Shown here: positions 12,611 through 25,450 of the stretch, piece by piece
How the letters are laid out: each line of letters begins with the position of its first letter
Numbering within the stretch: the stretch's first letter is position 1
Assembly: GCF_004010195.1 (NCBI RefSeq)
Contig: NC_057718.1
Coordinates: 64,423,637-64,487,636, forward strand
DNA length: 64,000 nucleotides
Direction: 5' to 3'
Source: Chiloscyllium plagiosum
Lineage: Eukaryota
The notes under the pieces: generated by a model
The model's input: the letters and a program-made list of their open reading frames with translations, nothing else
What the model was told of the DNA's origin: nothing
Databases searched by the model: none
Position numbers and translations under genes: made by a program

Positions 12611-13859
12611 CTGGAGGGAGAGGGAGCATGAAAGAGAGTAATTTAGGAGTACATTGTATCTCATCTTGCAAATTATAATTATTTAAGGACTTTTTTTCAC
12701 AATAGCTCTTCCAGAACATAACTATAGCTTTATATCTGGAAATCTGATTCACTTCACATTGGTTCATTTAAAGTTGCATTTTTCAGAAAGATAGTTACAA
12801 TATTAAATGAAGAATTACTTTTCTGGGGCAAGGTTGATTAATAAAAAGCACAAATCTGGACAAATTAAGTGGACATCTTGAATAAGTGTAAATAGGTGTT
12901 AATGTGATTAAGTGTAAGACAATATACATTAATGTGTGGACAACACAGATCGGATTTGATTAACATATGTATAAAAGAGAAAAAGATTTATGTATTAAAA
13001 ACAGAAAGCACTGGAAACACTCAACAGATCTGACAGCATCTCTGGAGAGGGAAACGGAGTGGTCCATGATTGTTCAGGTCCAAAATCTTTCATCTGAACC
13101 AATGGTTGTTAATTTATGTGCAATTGAAGTTTTGCTTCAAAGGCTAATCCTGGATCAGGCTACTTCCCAAAGGGACTTGACTCGACATCAAAACAAGTTA
13201 ATTTAATTAGATGTAATTTGATGCGGTCAAGATAATTATGCCTCTCTTTTACTAAGGTTAATCTAACTCATCTGTAACTTGCTGATTCACATCTTACTCC
13301 AGGTTTAAGTATCAAGTTGACTTGAGAATCTGTCTGCTATCCTCATTTTATTATATTGTGAAAATGTACGTGGCTTAGAAATGCACCCACTGTCCTGACT
13401 GTTTTCTAACCAGTCGAGCCTAATTGTTCTGGCCTTTAGTTGTGAAGAGTGATTGAAATGGCAGTGCAAGTTATTGGAAAAACTAGAAAAAAAGGCAGAA
13501 ACTGTTAGGAGAGCACTAAAATAAGACAATTAATAGACTTTCCACAGGGTTGCACTGTTCTTTGCAGGCTTCAGAAGCCATCCCTGGTACACTAAAAAGG
13601 CTACCTGCTCAGAAAAAATGAATTACCATTTATCATCATAGGAGCAGAAGTAGGCCATTCAGCCCATTGAGTCTGTTATACCATTGAATGAAATCATGAT
13701 TGTTTTGTTCAGGTATAAAAATACAAAGATGATTGTTCTGAAAGTTTTTAAACTTTTAAATTTCTTTTGAAGAAACTGGTTACTCATCCTGATTAAATAC
13801 AACAGTGTATTTAACAAATGGTTCTGAAGAATTAAAAAAAAAATCAGTTTCAAGAACAT

Positions 13860-14774
13860 ATGGATTTTAGTAAGGCGTTTGATAAGGTTCCCCCTGGTAG
13901 GCTACTGCAAAAAATACGGAGGTATGACATTGAGGGTGAATTGGAGGTTTGGATTAGGAATTGGCTGGCTGGAAGAAGACAGAGGGTAGTAGTTGATGGT
14001 AAAGGTTCATCTTGGAGTGCAGTTACTAGCGGTGTTCCGCAAGGATCTGTTTTGGGACCATTGCTGTTTGTCATTTTTATAAATGACCTGGAAGAGGGGT
14101 TAGAAGGTTAGGTGAGCAAGTTTGCGGATGATACGAAAGTCAGAGGAGTGGTAGACAGTGAGGAAGGATGTGGCAGGTTACAGCAGGATATAGAGAAGCT
14201 GCAGAGCTGGGCAGAAAGGTGGCAAATGGAATTCAATGTAGCTAAGTGTGAGGTGATTCACTTTGGGAAGAATAACAAAAAGATGGGGTACTGGGCTAAT
14301 GGTCGGATACTTGGTAGTGTGGATGAGCAGAGGGATCTTGGTGTCCATGTACACAGATCTCTGAAAGTTGCCGAAAGACTGATGCACTTGGGGCTGTTTT
14401 CATTGGAGAAAAGAAGGTTTAGGGGTGACTTGATAGAGGTGTACAAGATGATTAGGGGTTTAGATAGGGTTGACCATGAGAACCTTTTTCCACGTATGGA
14501 GTCAGCTATTACGAGGGGGCATAGCTTTAAATTAAGGGGTGGTAGGTATAGGATGGATGTTAGGGGTAGATTCTTTACTCAGTGAGTCGTGAGTTCATGG
14601 AATTCCCTGCCAGTAGCAGTGGTAGTCTTTCCCTCTTTATGGGCATTTAAATGGGCATTAGATAGGCATATGGAAGATAGTGGGCTAGTGTAGGTTAGGT
14701 GGGCTTGGATCGGCGCAACATCGAGGGCCAAAGGACCTGTACTGCGCTGTATTTTTCTATGTTCTATGTTCTAT
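13860..14774 (+). mobile_element. Young CR1 LINE 3' fragment (RT) with internal deletion and (TATGTTC)n tail
   Basis: [40 protein letters not shown]; ends ttctatgttctatgttcta. Confidence 0.95.
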
Positions 14775-15142
14775 AAGATTGAAGTACTCATAGTGCTGAT
14801 TGGGATTGTGATTAAAATGCTTACTTAATCTATTTTCAGCTATGTTAATCAAATGACACTTAGTTAATCATGCCAAAAACTACCTCGAGAAGTAACCTAA
14901 AAACAGATTATTAAAATGCTATGTGGTTGCATTGGTTTTGATAGATTTCACATTGTTGATATGACAGTAAATGAAGGAAACCTGAGCAGAAAAACACGAT
15001 ACTTAATGCAACTTGCACCTGAACCAGCGGTTGTGCTCAAACTCAACTCCGTCAGAGTTAGACTTTCCAAAATAACAACACACTTCCTAGAAATTTTAAT
15101 TGCCCAAAACCTTATTAAGTGATATGTGCAATCCAATCAAAG

Positions 15143-15188
15143 ATGTTTGACTTCATGAAGAAAGAAATTCTGGTCTCCTACAAGCAAG
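15143..15188 (+). CDS. Candidate first coding exon of the host gene (MFDFMKKEILVSYKQ + G)
   Basis: ATG preceded by an in-frame stop; donor CAAG|gtatta; ends in phase 1, compatible with exon 25371. No homology evidence. Confidence 0.3.
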
Positions 15189-16514
15189 GTATTAATAACT
15201 AATCCCTTGTTTGGAACATCTTCCTGAAGTCAAATGATCATTGAAACTTGTACACTCCCTTTATGTAAAAGAATATTTGATTTAAAAAAGTGCAAACTGT
15301 CGCTGACATCTTAATCAAATTAGAGAATGTAATAATTAGAATAAAGATATCATATATCCACAAGGGTGGTTCAATTTATCACATATAAACAATGTACAAG
15401 CATGAGTAAAACCTTTTGAAATGTAATGCTTCTATTTTAATCACTATGCCATAGATGATTATTATTTCGTGGTTAATGTAACTTTGCTACTAACTTTTAA
15501 TACAAAAAGCACTGGAATACAATAAAGACAATTAGGTATAATTTAACTATTACAAGTAGGAGATAGCACGTGCAAGCTTATTCAGAAAACTTTAGTAAAA
15601 CACAAGCATCCATTTTATAACAAAAATTATTGGTTGCCTCTGTTGCATGGTGCTTGAAAGTCTTTTCAATTTATTAGAAACATAAGTGATTGATGGTAAA
15701 ATAAACTGTCCAGTGGTGTTCTGAACTGTTCTCTGGCTCATATATATATGTACATAAAACCTTTAGGTCTTTTGTGATGTTCTCATAGAATTATACAGTT
15801 TAGATCTTATATCTGCACTCCATACTGTTGGCAGTGCTTAGGGACATCATTGAAAGTTGAACAGTTGTCTAAACTGAGATGTTGAAATATTTTTTGTTTT
15901 CTGTCTCACAACACCAAACTAGATATAATATATTTAATTGCTCGTTTATATTAATCATTCTGTGTCTTCCATTCTTTATGAACCCCTTTAGTTTATTCTG
16001 TATTGCTCTAACCCTTTTACTTGCTGTTACATCTGTTTCATTTTCCTTTCTACTCAGTTTTAACTGGAACATCGATTAGGTTAAACTATTGAGCTGTATG
16101 CCTTATAGAATGTCTGCAATGACTGAACCATTTTGATGGTTGGGCCACGCACCCGATAACAAATGAACTGGTCATTTCTGATGTTAAGGAGCATTGATGG
16201 GGAAGGAGGAATTTCAAGTGGACTCAGTGTCATTATGAAGGAATTCTGTGGCTGAAACATTGGGCTCTTTCCTGCTGGTTCTCTTTCGGTTTATGGAAGT
16301 GCTGCACATTTGAAGGAGTTGGTCATAGTCCGTGAAATCTGAAGAGTGCTGCGACACATGGGGGTGAACCTACCTGCTACACATTCTGTACACACCATTT
16401 GGTCTCAGTCAAGGATACAATAATCGCAGTTTCCTCAGATCGGCAGCATGAGAGAGAGATGTACTGGCAATATATAGTGGGAGGAGGACGGGGGAAATAG
16501 GTTTCAGCAGGAAG

Positions 16515-17600
16515 CCTCATCAAATTAGCCTTCCAGGAGCACCAGTATTACTCCTTTTAATCAGGGAGTGGTAAATGCATCATTTGTAATTGACAGTGGA
16601 CGTGCGGAAGAACTCTGCCATCTCTCGCAGCCAGATCTAAAGCCTCAGAGTAGGGTGGGGACTGCACTTGTAATGCTTGTGAAAGTAACTGTGGCAGTGA
16701 GTGTCTGTGTGATGAAATTGATCTAGGCTGATGCTGGTGACTTCTGTAAAATAGAGTCAGAGAGTCACACAGCACAGAAATAGACCATTCAGTCCAACTT
16801 GTCTGCACCAACCAGACATACCAATCTCACTTAGTCCCATTGGCCAGCATATGGCCCATATCCCTCTAATCCCTTCCTCATCATATGCCCATCCAGATGG
16901 TTTTTAAATGTTGTAATTGTATCTGCCTCCATAACTTTCTTTGACAGCTCGTTGCATACATACACCACGCTTTGCATGAAAAAGTTCCACTTCAGGTCCT
17001 GTTTAACTCTTTCCTCTCTCACTTTAAGCCTATACTGTCTAGTTTTGGATCCTGCCATCCTAGGAAAATTATCTATTTACCCTATCCATGCCCCTCATGA
17101 TTTTATAAACTTCATCTTTCAGTTTTTCACCTACTGCTGCATCAGAGAGGTAGCAGAGGCTTTGAAAGCCTAGGGAGGAATTTGCATTTTTGTCTCTTCC
17201 TGAATAGAGAGAAGCAACGAGAGTGCATTTGTGGCATGGCCATGTTCATGGACTTCAACATGGTGCAGGGCACTGGTGATTGCACTTGTGTGGCATTCTG
17301 GGCACTGCATTACAATGCTCATTGTATCTTAAGGCTACAGTTCACTGAACGCACAGTTAGAGTTTGATCATGCTCAGCAGTAGTCAAGATACTTTTATAC
17401 AAGTCCACTCTTCTGTCTATTATTCAACTACTACATCAAACAGGAGGGATTGCTTTGCAACAAAGGCTCTACACCTGGTTCATCTCAGTCTTACAAAACC
17501 AGCATGAATACAATAACAAAGCAGACCACTGAGACACTGAAGTGGAGCTTCTCTTATCTTGGAGGCTCTGCAGGATCTTCAAGTGCTTACTGGTCTACGT
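16515..17600 (+). pseudogene. Harbinger/PIF (HARBI1-like) DDE transposase relic, split by a CR1 insertion
   Basis: EELCHLSQPDLKPQSRVGTALVMLVKVTVAV..*ADAGDFCKI | IFQFFTYCCIREVAEAL..REKQRE..FNMVQGTGDCTCVA, matching the Harbinger 'GFPxVxGAIDCTHV' motif region. Confidence 0.8.
16752..17110 (-). mobile_element. CR1 3' fragment inserted in the Harbinger transposase
   Basis: ORF 16831-17058 (-) KTRQYRLKVREERVKQDLKWNFFMQ..TITTFKNHLD, plus CR1 tail. Confidence 0.9.
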
Positions 17601-18741
17601 GTCTCAATTCATAGTTATTTGCAACCTGACAATCAAGAGGTTACAACCTTTGCCAAACTGGCTGCAGTGAGTACCTAAGGAGAAGGAGTATGAAGGGAGT
17701 AGGGAGCCAGCGGATCTACTTTCTGGACAGATGTTCCGTGAATGCCTCATTTGATTTCCTTTTCCATGGTACAACCTCCAAAGCACTACAAATCAAACTT
17801 ATCAATTTCATTAAAGAAATCAATATTCCACCGGGAAGTCAACTGATGCATGTTCTCAGTGCTCGTCTTCCATGTGCCTTTGCCTCGCCCATTGCTACCT
17901 TCCTCATTGCTAGTCCAATAGCTGCAGCTTGGCTAGTGGGGCAGACTGTAGATGGCCCTATAGGAGATTTCAAACAGCTCAAGGCTTAGGTTAGTCTTCA
18001 CATAACCAGTCTAGGCTGGCTAGTTAAAATGCAGGAGCAAGGACCCCAGAGGAATGATGTAAGAATGAATGCTGTCACCCTGTAAGAGGTTTTTGGAGCT
18101 ACTGTGCGATGAATGTTCATAACGTATTATTATTTGGGAATGTGGGTATTAAAGTGGAGGAAAATGAATTATAGTTTTCCATTCTGTGATTGTCTAACCT
18201 TTTTTTTTTAAAAAGATGATAAAGTAATTTTGAACAGTGAGATGAAACAACATTTACAAGATGTCATGTAATTTTAGGTACATGAAAAGCAAGTCAGCTA
18301 GAGAGATATTTTCTAAGGAGTTTGTTCACTTGAGTTTTATAACTCTGAATGGGAGAATCGACAGGCCAGAAGTAAGCTCATTTAGAGAGAAAAGGGTCAT
18401 AACAACAAATATACTGTTAGTGGCAGACTCCAAGCAACCCCATGGGAGTGGGTGGAGGGGATGAGATTGCATTAGGTTTGGGCAGGCCAAATATGCCAAG
18501 GGACTTCTTGCAAATTGACCATTCTTTTTTTTTCCCTTTCTTTTGCCATTTCTTTCTTTATATCCAGAAGTGTTATCAACCAGAACTGAATTTTTTTCCA
18601 TCAGCAAATTTTCCCCCTTGTATTAACCACCTAGAGTATATCACCAATTTTACCAATTGAATAGTTTACATATAAAGCTCATTAAGGGCAATGCAGATCA
18701 TCAAAGGTGAGGGAGATGTAGGGAGAATGAAAGTGGCTAAA

Positions 18742-18940
18742 TCAAAATGGAATTAGACGGTAAATAAAGCACAGTATCCTTTGTGATGCCCACCTCTCTC
18801 TAAATGCATCAAGAGCATTGGTAGGCAACACACACTTCTCCAAGGATACCTGAGCACGAACATAACCACAGGAGAGGGGCAGACAGTCAACAGATCTGAC
18901 CCCCTCCACAGCTTGCTGCCTGGACCCGTTAATAACCAAC
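18742..18940 (-). mobile_element. L1/Tx1-clade ORF2 C-terminal remnant
   Basis: INGSRQQAVEGVRSVDCLPL..YVRAQVSLE..LDAFRERW resembles the Tx1 ORF2 terminus. Confidence 0.55.
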
Positions 18941-18989
18941 TTGACCTTTCTCAGCTGAAACCTTCAACATCGAAGGGGGCAGGCAGAGT

Positions 18990-20697
18990 GGAGTTGGAGA
19001 GCCCAGCTACTTCTGCAGCATCCTGAGTGGAGATTGTCATCGGGCCTGTGTGTAGCTCAACGTGAGGGGGAACACCTGGACTAATGTCTAGATTCCCCGT
19101 CCCTCTCTTGGCCCGCCTTCGGTCCTGACGGACACTGCATGGCGCGATGGAGTACAGTTATTGTTGACTTTGATGGGCTTGTCTCTCAATAGCAGCTTCC
19201 AATCTGTTTGTGGAGGCTGGCAGACATCTGCAGGAGTTGCTGCAATGCTGCAGCATCTGGCTGATAACATGGTGAATTGATGGACTGGCTGCAGCACTTC
19301 AGGTTCTCAGGAATGAGGGCTAGTGTGTCCTGTACACCTGTCTGCCACTGCTGCTCCTCCCTGTGCATCTGCATAAAGTCCCTCATAGCTAAGACCACAG
19401 AGTTATCTGCTGCCAGGGGTTCAGCAGGTGCCTGGTCTCTGGAGTCCTGAGACTCTCTAGCCAGGGGTGTTTCTTCCATACCTGTCAGCACTCTGAAACT
19501 CAGTGAAGGACCTCACAGAGCCCAATGAGATGTCCTCATCCATGTTTCTGCAGGTCCAGGTGGCAGATGATGGTTCATCCTCTGCGTCCCAACAATAATC
19601 TGGGAAGGTCAAGGAACTCTTCTCTGTGGCACATGGGTTAGTCCTTAGAAGGACACATCCACCTGTAAGACAAAAGAGGAAGGAGTGTTGCAGCCACTAG
19701 CTGGTCATGGTCTTTGATGTCCGCTTAATAGGACTGTTGCAGAAGAATGATAAGTGTGACTTACTCAGGTGTCGGGTCACGTCTCTGTATCCTTGTCACT
19801 GCTAGAGCAAGAATCCTTTCCGAAGATGGGATGAGGTACAATGATGTCCAGCACCCCATCCAGAAAGGATGTGTGGCATCACACCACTCTGTTCTGGGAT
19901 GTCTTCTCCTGTAATGATATAAAGGGGCTGAATAACTAAGATAAAAGCAGGTGGCATGACTGTTCATGCTGGTATGTGTGGAGAAAAAGTGTTGGTGTGT
20001 TCCAAAGGAGTGAGGAGGCAGTGTGGAGGTCATGCAAAGTTAGTGGTGTGGGAGGATGGGGGAATAACGAGTGAGTGAAGTGAGAAGGGGTGTCCGAACA
20101 TAAGTATTGTGGGAGGTGGGTGCACTGACATAGACAAGTGTGAGGCAGTAGAGAGCAGAGTGTTTCACTTAACTTGGCAAAGTGGAGAAGATCATTGACC
20201 TTTGCCCTACAGTGCATCCCAGTCCAACTGACCCTGAAGATGACATTGACCAAGTTGTAATCTCTGAAAAGGCTGGCATGGTATGGTGGCTTCCTCTAAT
20301 AATCCTCTGGGAAGAGGACTCCTGTCCACTACCCTGTCCACTAGAATCTTGCCAGCTTCGCCTTCTTTGCCATATCTTTTGATGCCTGACACAGCGAGCA
20401 GAGCAGCTTTCAAATGGCGGCACTCCTGCACATGCACAGTGGATGCTAAAAGATGGCATGGCCCCAAGGGATGCTGGTCTTATGGAGGAGAAGAGCTGAG
20501 TAGCAAGTTCCTGCATGAATGTCACGTGGCAAGGTATACTGGAGATAGGACATGATTCGTGCTGTGAGGGCTCAAATCACAATTAAAATGGCCAGTTTGC
20601 TAAGATACAGCGAGAACTGGCTTGGTCTGGTGGTGTGAATCACTACAACAAATGTTATACAACTTGCACTTACCCCAAAAAAAGCAAGATTCAGTCC
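18990..20697 (-). mobile_element. Harbinger-type element arm carrying a spliced, degenerate Myb/SANT gene
   Basis: VNVIFRVSWTGMHCRAKVNDLLHFAK (Myb/SANT 'RT..QCRKKxNDL'), intron-like C/A-rich tract, coiled-coil-like C-terminus (19186-19491). Terminus GGACTGAATCTT (- strand) at 20686-20697. Confidence 0.65.
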
Positions 20698-21825
20698 TAT
20701 GTTTCTGCTCAGGTCCTAGGAAATACACATTGGCATTAACAGTGAGGCATATCTGCGGTCATTGTTTTCTGAAGATTTAAATAAAGACAGAGCGTGCTGC
20801 GGATAATCAGAAGCTCTAACAGCTTATCCCCTTCAGAGTAGATTTAAACCACACTATCTGACTTATTAATTTTATCACTCCCATCCCTCGTTGACCAAAA
20901 TCATTTTGATTTTTCCTCGTATCAAAATAGGAAAGTAAAGGCAACAGATGAATAAGGCTACTGTATAACTGAGTGTTACAGAGTAAGGAAGGATCTGCTG
21001 CCTGCACACTATGTATCTATCTGGTAGAAGTCGAGAAGGGGAGGTAAAAATTTATCACATTTTCTTCCCTTCCTATCAAAGCATCTTATGCAATGGGCAT
21101 GGTGAATGTGACTAACAGCAGCATGTATCATGCACCCACCATTGTCCTCGCTGCAGTTAATTTAGTTTGCCAGACAGAATTTTTCAAATTGGTTTGAGTG
21201 TCCAGAATATAAGGAATTTTCCAAACGGCAGATAAAGTTGTCTCATTCTGAAATGATACATGAGTGCCAGGCAGCAGCTCATGGAGTCGCTAACATTTGC
21301 GCATTTCATTGTTGTCATGTCTCAGATAATACAAACTTTTAATCAATACTTTACAGACTGGATCCAAGCAGACCATTAAAATGCTCGCTACAAATCATAT
21401 CATTTTTGATATTTTGAGCTCCAGACAGAGCTGAGTCTCAAGTGAATATCTCGTTAAATATTCACAGCCATCCAGAGAATTCATGCATCCTTTATTTCAG
21501 GATGGAACAACAAAAAAAAGTAACAGAATTCCATCTGTCAGACTGTCTGTTTCACAATGGACAAAAGGTAGCATCACTGTACGTAAAGATTGTGAAAGAA
21601 TCCAGCATCCTGCTGTTCCATTACAACAGTTTCCTGAACCAAACAATGATGACTTGCAAGATGTCAAATGACAATGTGGCATGAATAGAGTCAACTGCCC
21701 CAAGTGTAACAGAGCCTGAGGTAATCATATCAGTTTGTACAGCCACCTATGGACTCATCCTGAGAGTGGAAGAGAGTTCATCCTTGTCTGCAAGGGACAA
21801 TCAGTGATGGTGATGATGACAAATA

Positions 21826-22448
21826 GGAGCGTAGAATACAAGAACAAAGATATTTTGTTGAACTGCTTGACACTAGTTTGCCCTCAGCTAGGATATTGCA
21901 TTCAGTTCTAGGTGCCCCACATTAGCACAGATCTGAAGGGATTAGAGAAAGTGCAGCACATGTTTATACGAATGGTTCCAGTGATAAGGAATTTCAGCTA
22001 TGAAGATAGATTGAAGAAATTAAAACTATTTTCTTTGGAGAAGAGAATTGCTGGGAGGAGATGTAATAGAGATATTCAAAGACATGAATATTCATGAGAA
22101 GCCTGGGCAAAATACAAAAGGCAGAAATATTCCTACTCCTGAAATGATCAAAATTGAGAAGGAACAGACTTAAAATAACTTTTAAAAGAAGCAAAAATGA
22201 TATAAGGAAATGCTTTTTCATGCAGCGAGTCATGAGTGTCTGGAATGCACTGCCTGAGTGTGTGGTGGAGGCAAGTTCGATTGATGCATTCAGAAGGGAA
22301 TTTGATAGTAATTTGAATCAGAACAATATGCAGAAGACATGGAGAAGGCAGGAAAATAGCAGTAGGTGAATGGTGTATTAGGAGACCCGATGCAAACACA
22401 ACAAGCTGAGTCACCTCCAACTGCTGTAAAAGTTCTGTGATTCTATGA
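21826..22448 (+). mobile_element. Old CR1 3' fragment
   Basis: LEKVQHMFIRMVP..SYEDRLKKLKLFSLEKR; FFMQRVMSVWNALP. Confidence 0.85.
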
Positions 22449-23830
22449 ATTTGGTACCTTTGCCTGTCTTGATCTGCAAGCTAATAGGATTTACGCTTTG
22501 TTTTGAATTTTGTACTTCGTATATCTCTATATACATTGCAGTTAGATGGGTACTAGTGCATAGTTTTTCAGTGGTACCTTTGTATTTGGATGTAGTTCGT
22601 GATTTGCTTTAATTTTTTTTGTGTGATTCATGTTGCTGTGTACAATTTGTTCTTAGTTTTTAGTCAGATATGGCCACTAACTAACTGTGATCTTCCATTT
22701 AACTTGAACTATGTTTCTATTATGCAGACCATATATTCTAGAAGTAACAAAGTTGTTCCAGCATGGTATGTACTTTACAAAATATAAACTGCCTATTCAT
22801 GATGCTGTTGAATAGAAAGTGCACTTTGCTTTAGATAGTTTGACAGAATGGCAATTATGATTTATTTTTAATCATGTACCTGTGAATAGTTTGAAATTCT
22901 CCATGGTTTATTTTAATCATTAAAACATGACCTTCCTTTGTGAAAATAATATCTGTTACAATTCTATAAAATGTAACTATTTAGCAGAAACATTTTTGGT
23001 CTAGAGTAGCTCAGTGTTACTTTATCAATCAATAAATCCTGCATAGCAGTAGCAAAGCATCACACACCTCTATTTCTGTCTCTGCTGGATGATGCTACTG
23101 ACAAGAAATCTGATTTTGATTGTTTGAACAGAGTTAACTTAAGAAACGTTTAGACAATCAGTTTTAAACACACAGCATCCCTACTGTCTATGCCACATTT
23201 TGGTAAGAAAGATCCACGCTGCTACTGTCACAGAAAAATCCAAAGTATCACTTTTTAAAACTTCTATCCTCACATTTAACTGATTGCATGGTCTCACCCT
23301 CCTGACTCTCAATAAGCTGTTCCAGCTTTACCACATTTTCCAATCTCTCTGTGGGTTTGGTAGAGAGAGAATCTTTAACCCACAGGGATGGTTGAGTTGG
23401 CATTGTGTGGGAAGATAAAAAAAAGATTGAAGGAAATTGAACCAACTTCAATTTGTCAACTTCCAGGTTTAACAGAGGTGCTTTTGGCCTCTTGTAACTT
23501 ACTCATTGAAGTCAGCTCATTAGCACATGGCAAAGGAGCAATTTCGATTCAGTTAAAGAGATATGAATGTAATGATTACAGTCAGATGGGTTCTCTGGAG
23601 CCTGTGAGATTGAGGTGCTTCATTAGGATGTTTGAAATTCAGATTATTCAATCTCTGTAAATGTTCAATGCCAATAGATGATTTGCCAGGTCACTCTGAA
23701 AAATATTTTAGAGATTTGGAGACTTTCAGATGACAGTGGTAGGAAGCAGGAGGCAAGGCATCATGATTCCTTTGACAGTACATAAGATGGGGAAGGTAAT
23801 CACCAACCATGGTGATGACGTGCAGTGATT

Positions 23831-24424
23831 TGTTATAGAACAGACCTGATCCCCCTCAAAATATTTTAAGAAGGTAGCCTAGACATTAACTTTCTCTTAT
23901 TTTAAAGGCAAATGTAACATGCAGTGTTCCAGATGCAATTTACAACAATGGAAATAACTTAGAATAAATTACCTCTATTGGAAAACTTAGCAGAATAATC
24001 AATACAATAACTATTACTAACTAAGTGTTTCAATATAGTAACATCGCATAAACACACCTATGGCAAAAAGGCAAATTCAGAAAAATAGATTCTCACTGGG
24101 AACCCAGCTGCAGAGAGAAACCGCAGCTTCAAGCTGTAACCACAAGAGGGAAAAGATAGCTTCTACTTCTTCAAAACTCCAGTAACTTCTGCCCTGTTGA
24201 GACTCCGACAGCAGCTGTTTAAAGCTAAATCTTAAACTAAACAAAACCGAGAAATCCTGGTTGGTGAGAACTGGCCATACCCAGCTAGGCTGTTTCTACT
24301 GTTCGAAAATCCCCAAGGCCTCACAAGCTGTTTACTTTCCAAGTAGTCAACTTGGCACTATCTTTACACCTCACTTTTTAAAAAAAAGAACAAAATAACC
24401 TCTTACAGCCACAGCATCGTCACA
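23831..24424. mobile_element. Probable solo LTR
   Basis: Bounded by TGTTA..TCACA, with LTR-like length and composition. No matching TSD seen. Confidence 0.4.
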
Positions 24425-25034
24425 GGTGGGATCAGTGGATACTCAAAAGGGAGGTTCTCTGGAGGGACTAACAAAGTGGGCTGATGCAGAGAAGAGAGAG
24501 AGGTGCACAAGAGAGTTACAAAATAACGGAGAACAGTACTCTGAGTTTTATCATTTGGATAGAGTCCTGAGAAATCCACACAGAGAGGTAGAGAAATTCT
24601 GTGATTCTAAGGGTTAAAGTTATCACTGATCATCGGTCCTTCAAACCATTACATTGCAAGCTGCACATGAAAGCACCAAACATTTGGAAAGTTAATGCTA
24701 GAATAAAAGCCTCCAACTCAGAAATTGGGCTATGGCTCACAGTTCCACCCCAATCCTTCAGACTTTGAGGTGTATGATCAAAAGCCTATTGGTCTCTATG
24801 ATGGTAACAGTGATCAAACCTTTATGGCTACCTCCTTTTAGCCATTGATATGATAGTGAGGCCCATGGTGCAATATCCGGGGCTGCTCACATTTTTCTTT
24901 TGATTCATGTATCATGCAAGCATGACATTTCAAAAATGGTTGCTCTCAAATGTCTTGCTCTACATTTCTTTCATACTTGGGTATGTTCAAAAGTGAAATT
25001 TTGCATGGCTCAATATTAAGAATATTGAGCCATG

Positions 25035-25127
25035 TTCCTGTTCCTGGATGCTGCCTAACCTGCTGCACTTTTCCAGCAACACATTTTCAGCTCTGATCTC
25101 CAGCATCTGCAGACCTCACTTTCTCCT
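25035..25127 (+). mobile_element. PLE pLTR 3' fragment (family A) with 13-bp TSD
   Basis: CAATATTAAGAAT at 25011-25023 and 25128-25140. Ends at the canonical ..ctcactttctcct. Confidence 0.85.
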
Positions 25128-25370
25128 CAATATTAAGAATGCATTGCTTACACAATTTAAGAGTCGTGTTATTGATGCCAAGAAGTGTGTGGACCTGACT
25201 TTGTACTTATCCTTTTGCAAACTGAGTTGAACTCTGAATAGAAGTCCTAAAGTCACGTTATGGGCTATATAAAATATTCAAGGACATTAACTGTGTGGAA
25301 CTATCATATTCCCACTTCTTTAATTTATCCAAAATTATATGATCTCAACCAGTGTCTTCTTTCATTGCAG

Positions 25371-25450
25371 TTGTCTCCAGACCTCGTACTGATCCCATGA
25401 CAGTGATCAATAAAGGTTTGAAGAACAGACTACAAAACATTATGAAGAGG
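25371..25450 (+). CDS. Putative internal coding exon of an unidentified host gene (xVSRPRTDPMTVINKGLKNRLQNIMKR)
   Basis: Polypyrimidine acceptor tcttctttcattgcag, 80-bp open frame (phase 1 to phase 0), donor AGG|gtatga, in non-repeat AT-rich context. Confidence 0.6.

Noticed and set aside
14916..15122. 68-aa ORF in unique sequence
   Set aside because: No recognisable domain; it stops before the donor at 15189, so at most it is a uORF or 5' UTR.
23048..23202. Possible exon ending at ttttg|gtaaga
   Set aside because: Weak acceptor and a stop codon in the phase-1 frame needed to follow exon 15143-15188.
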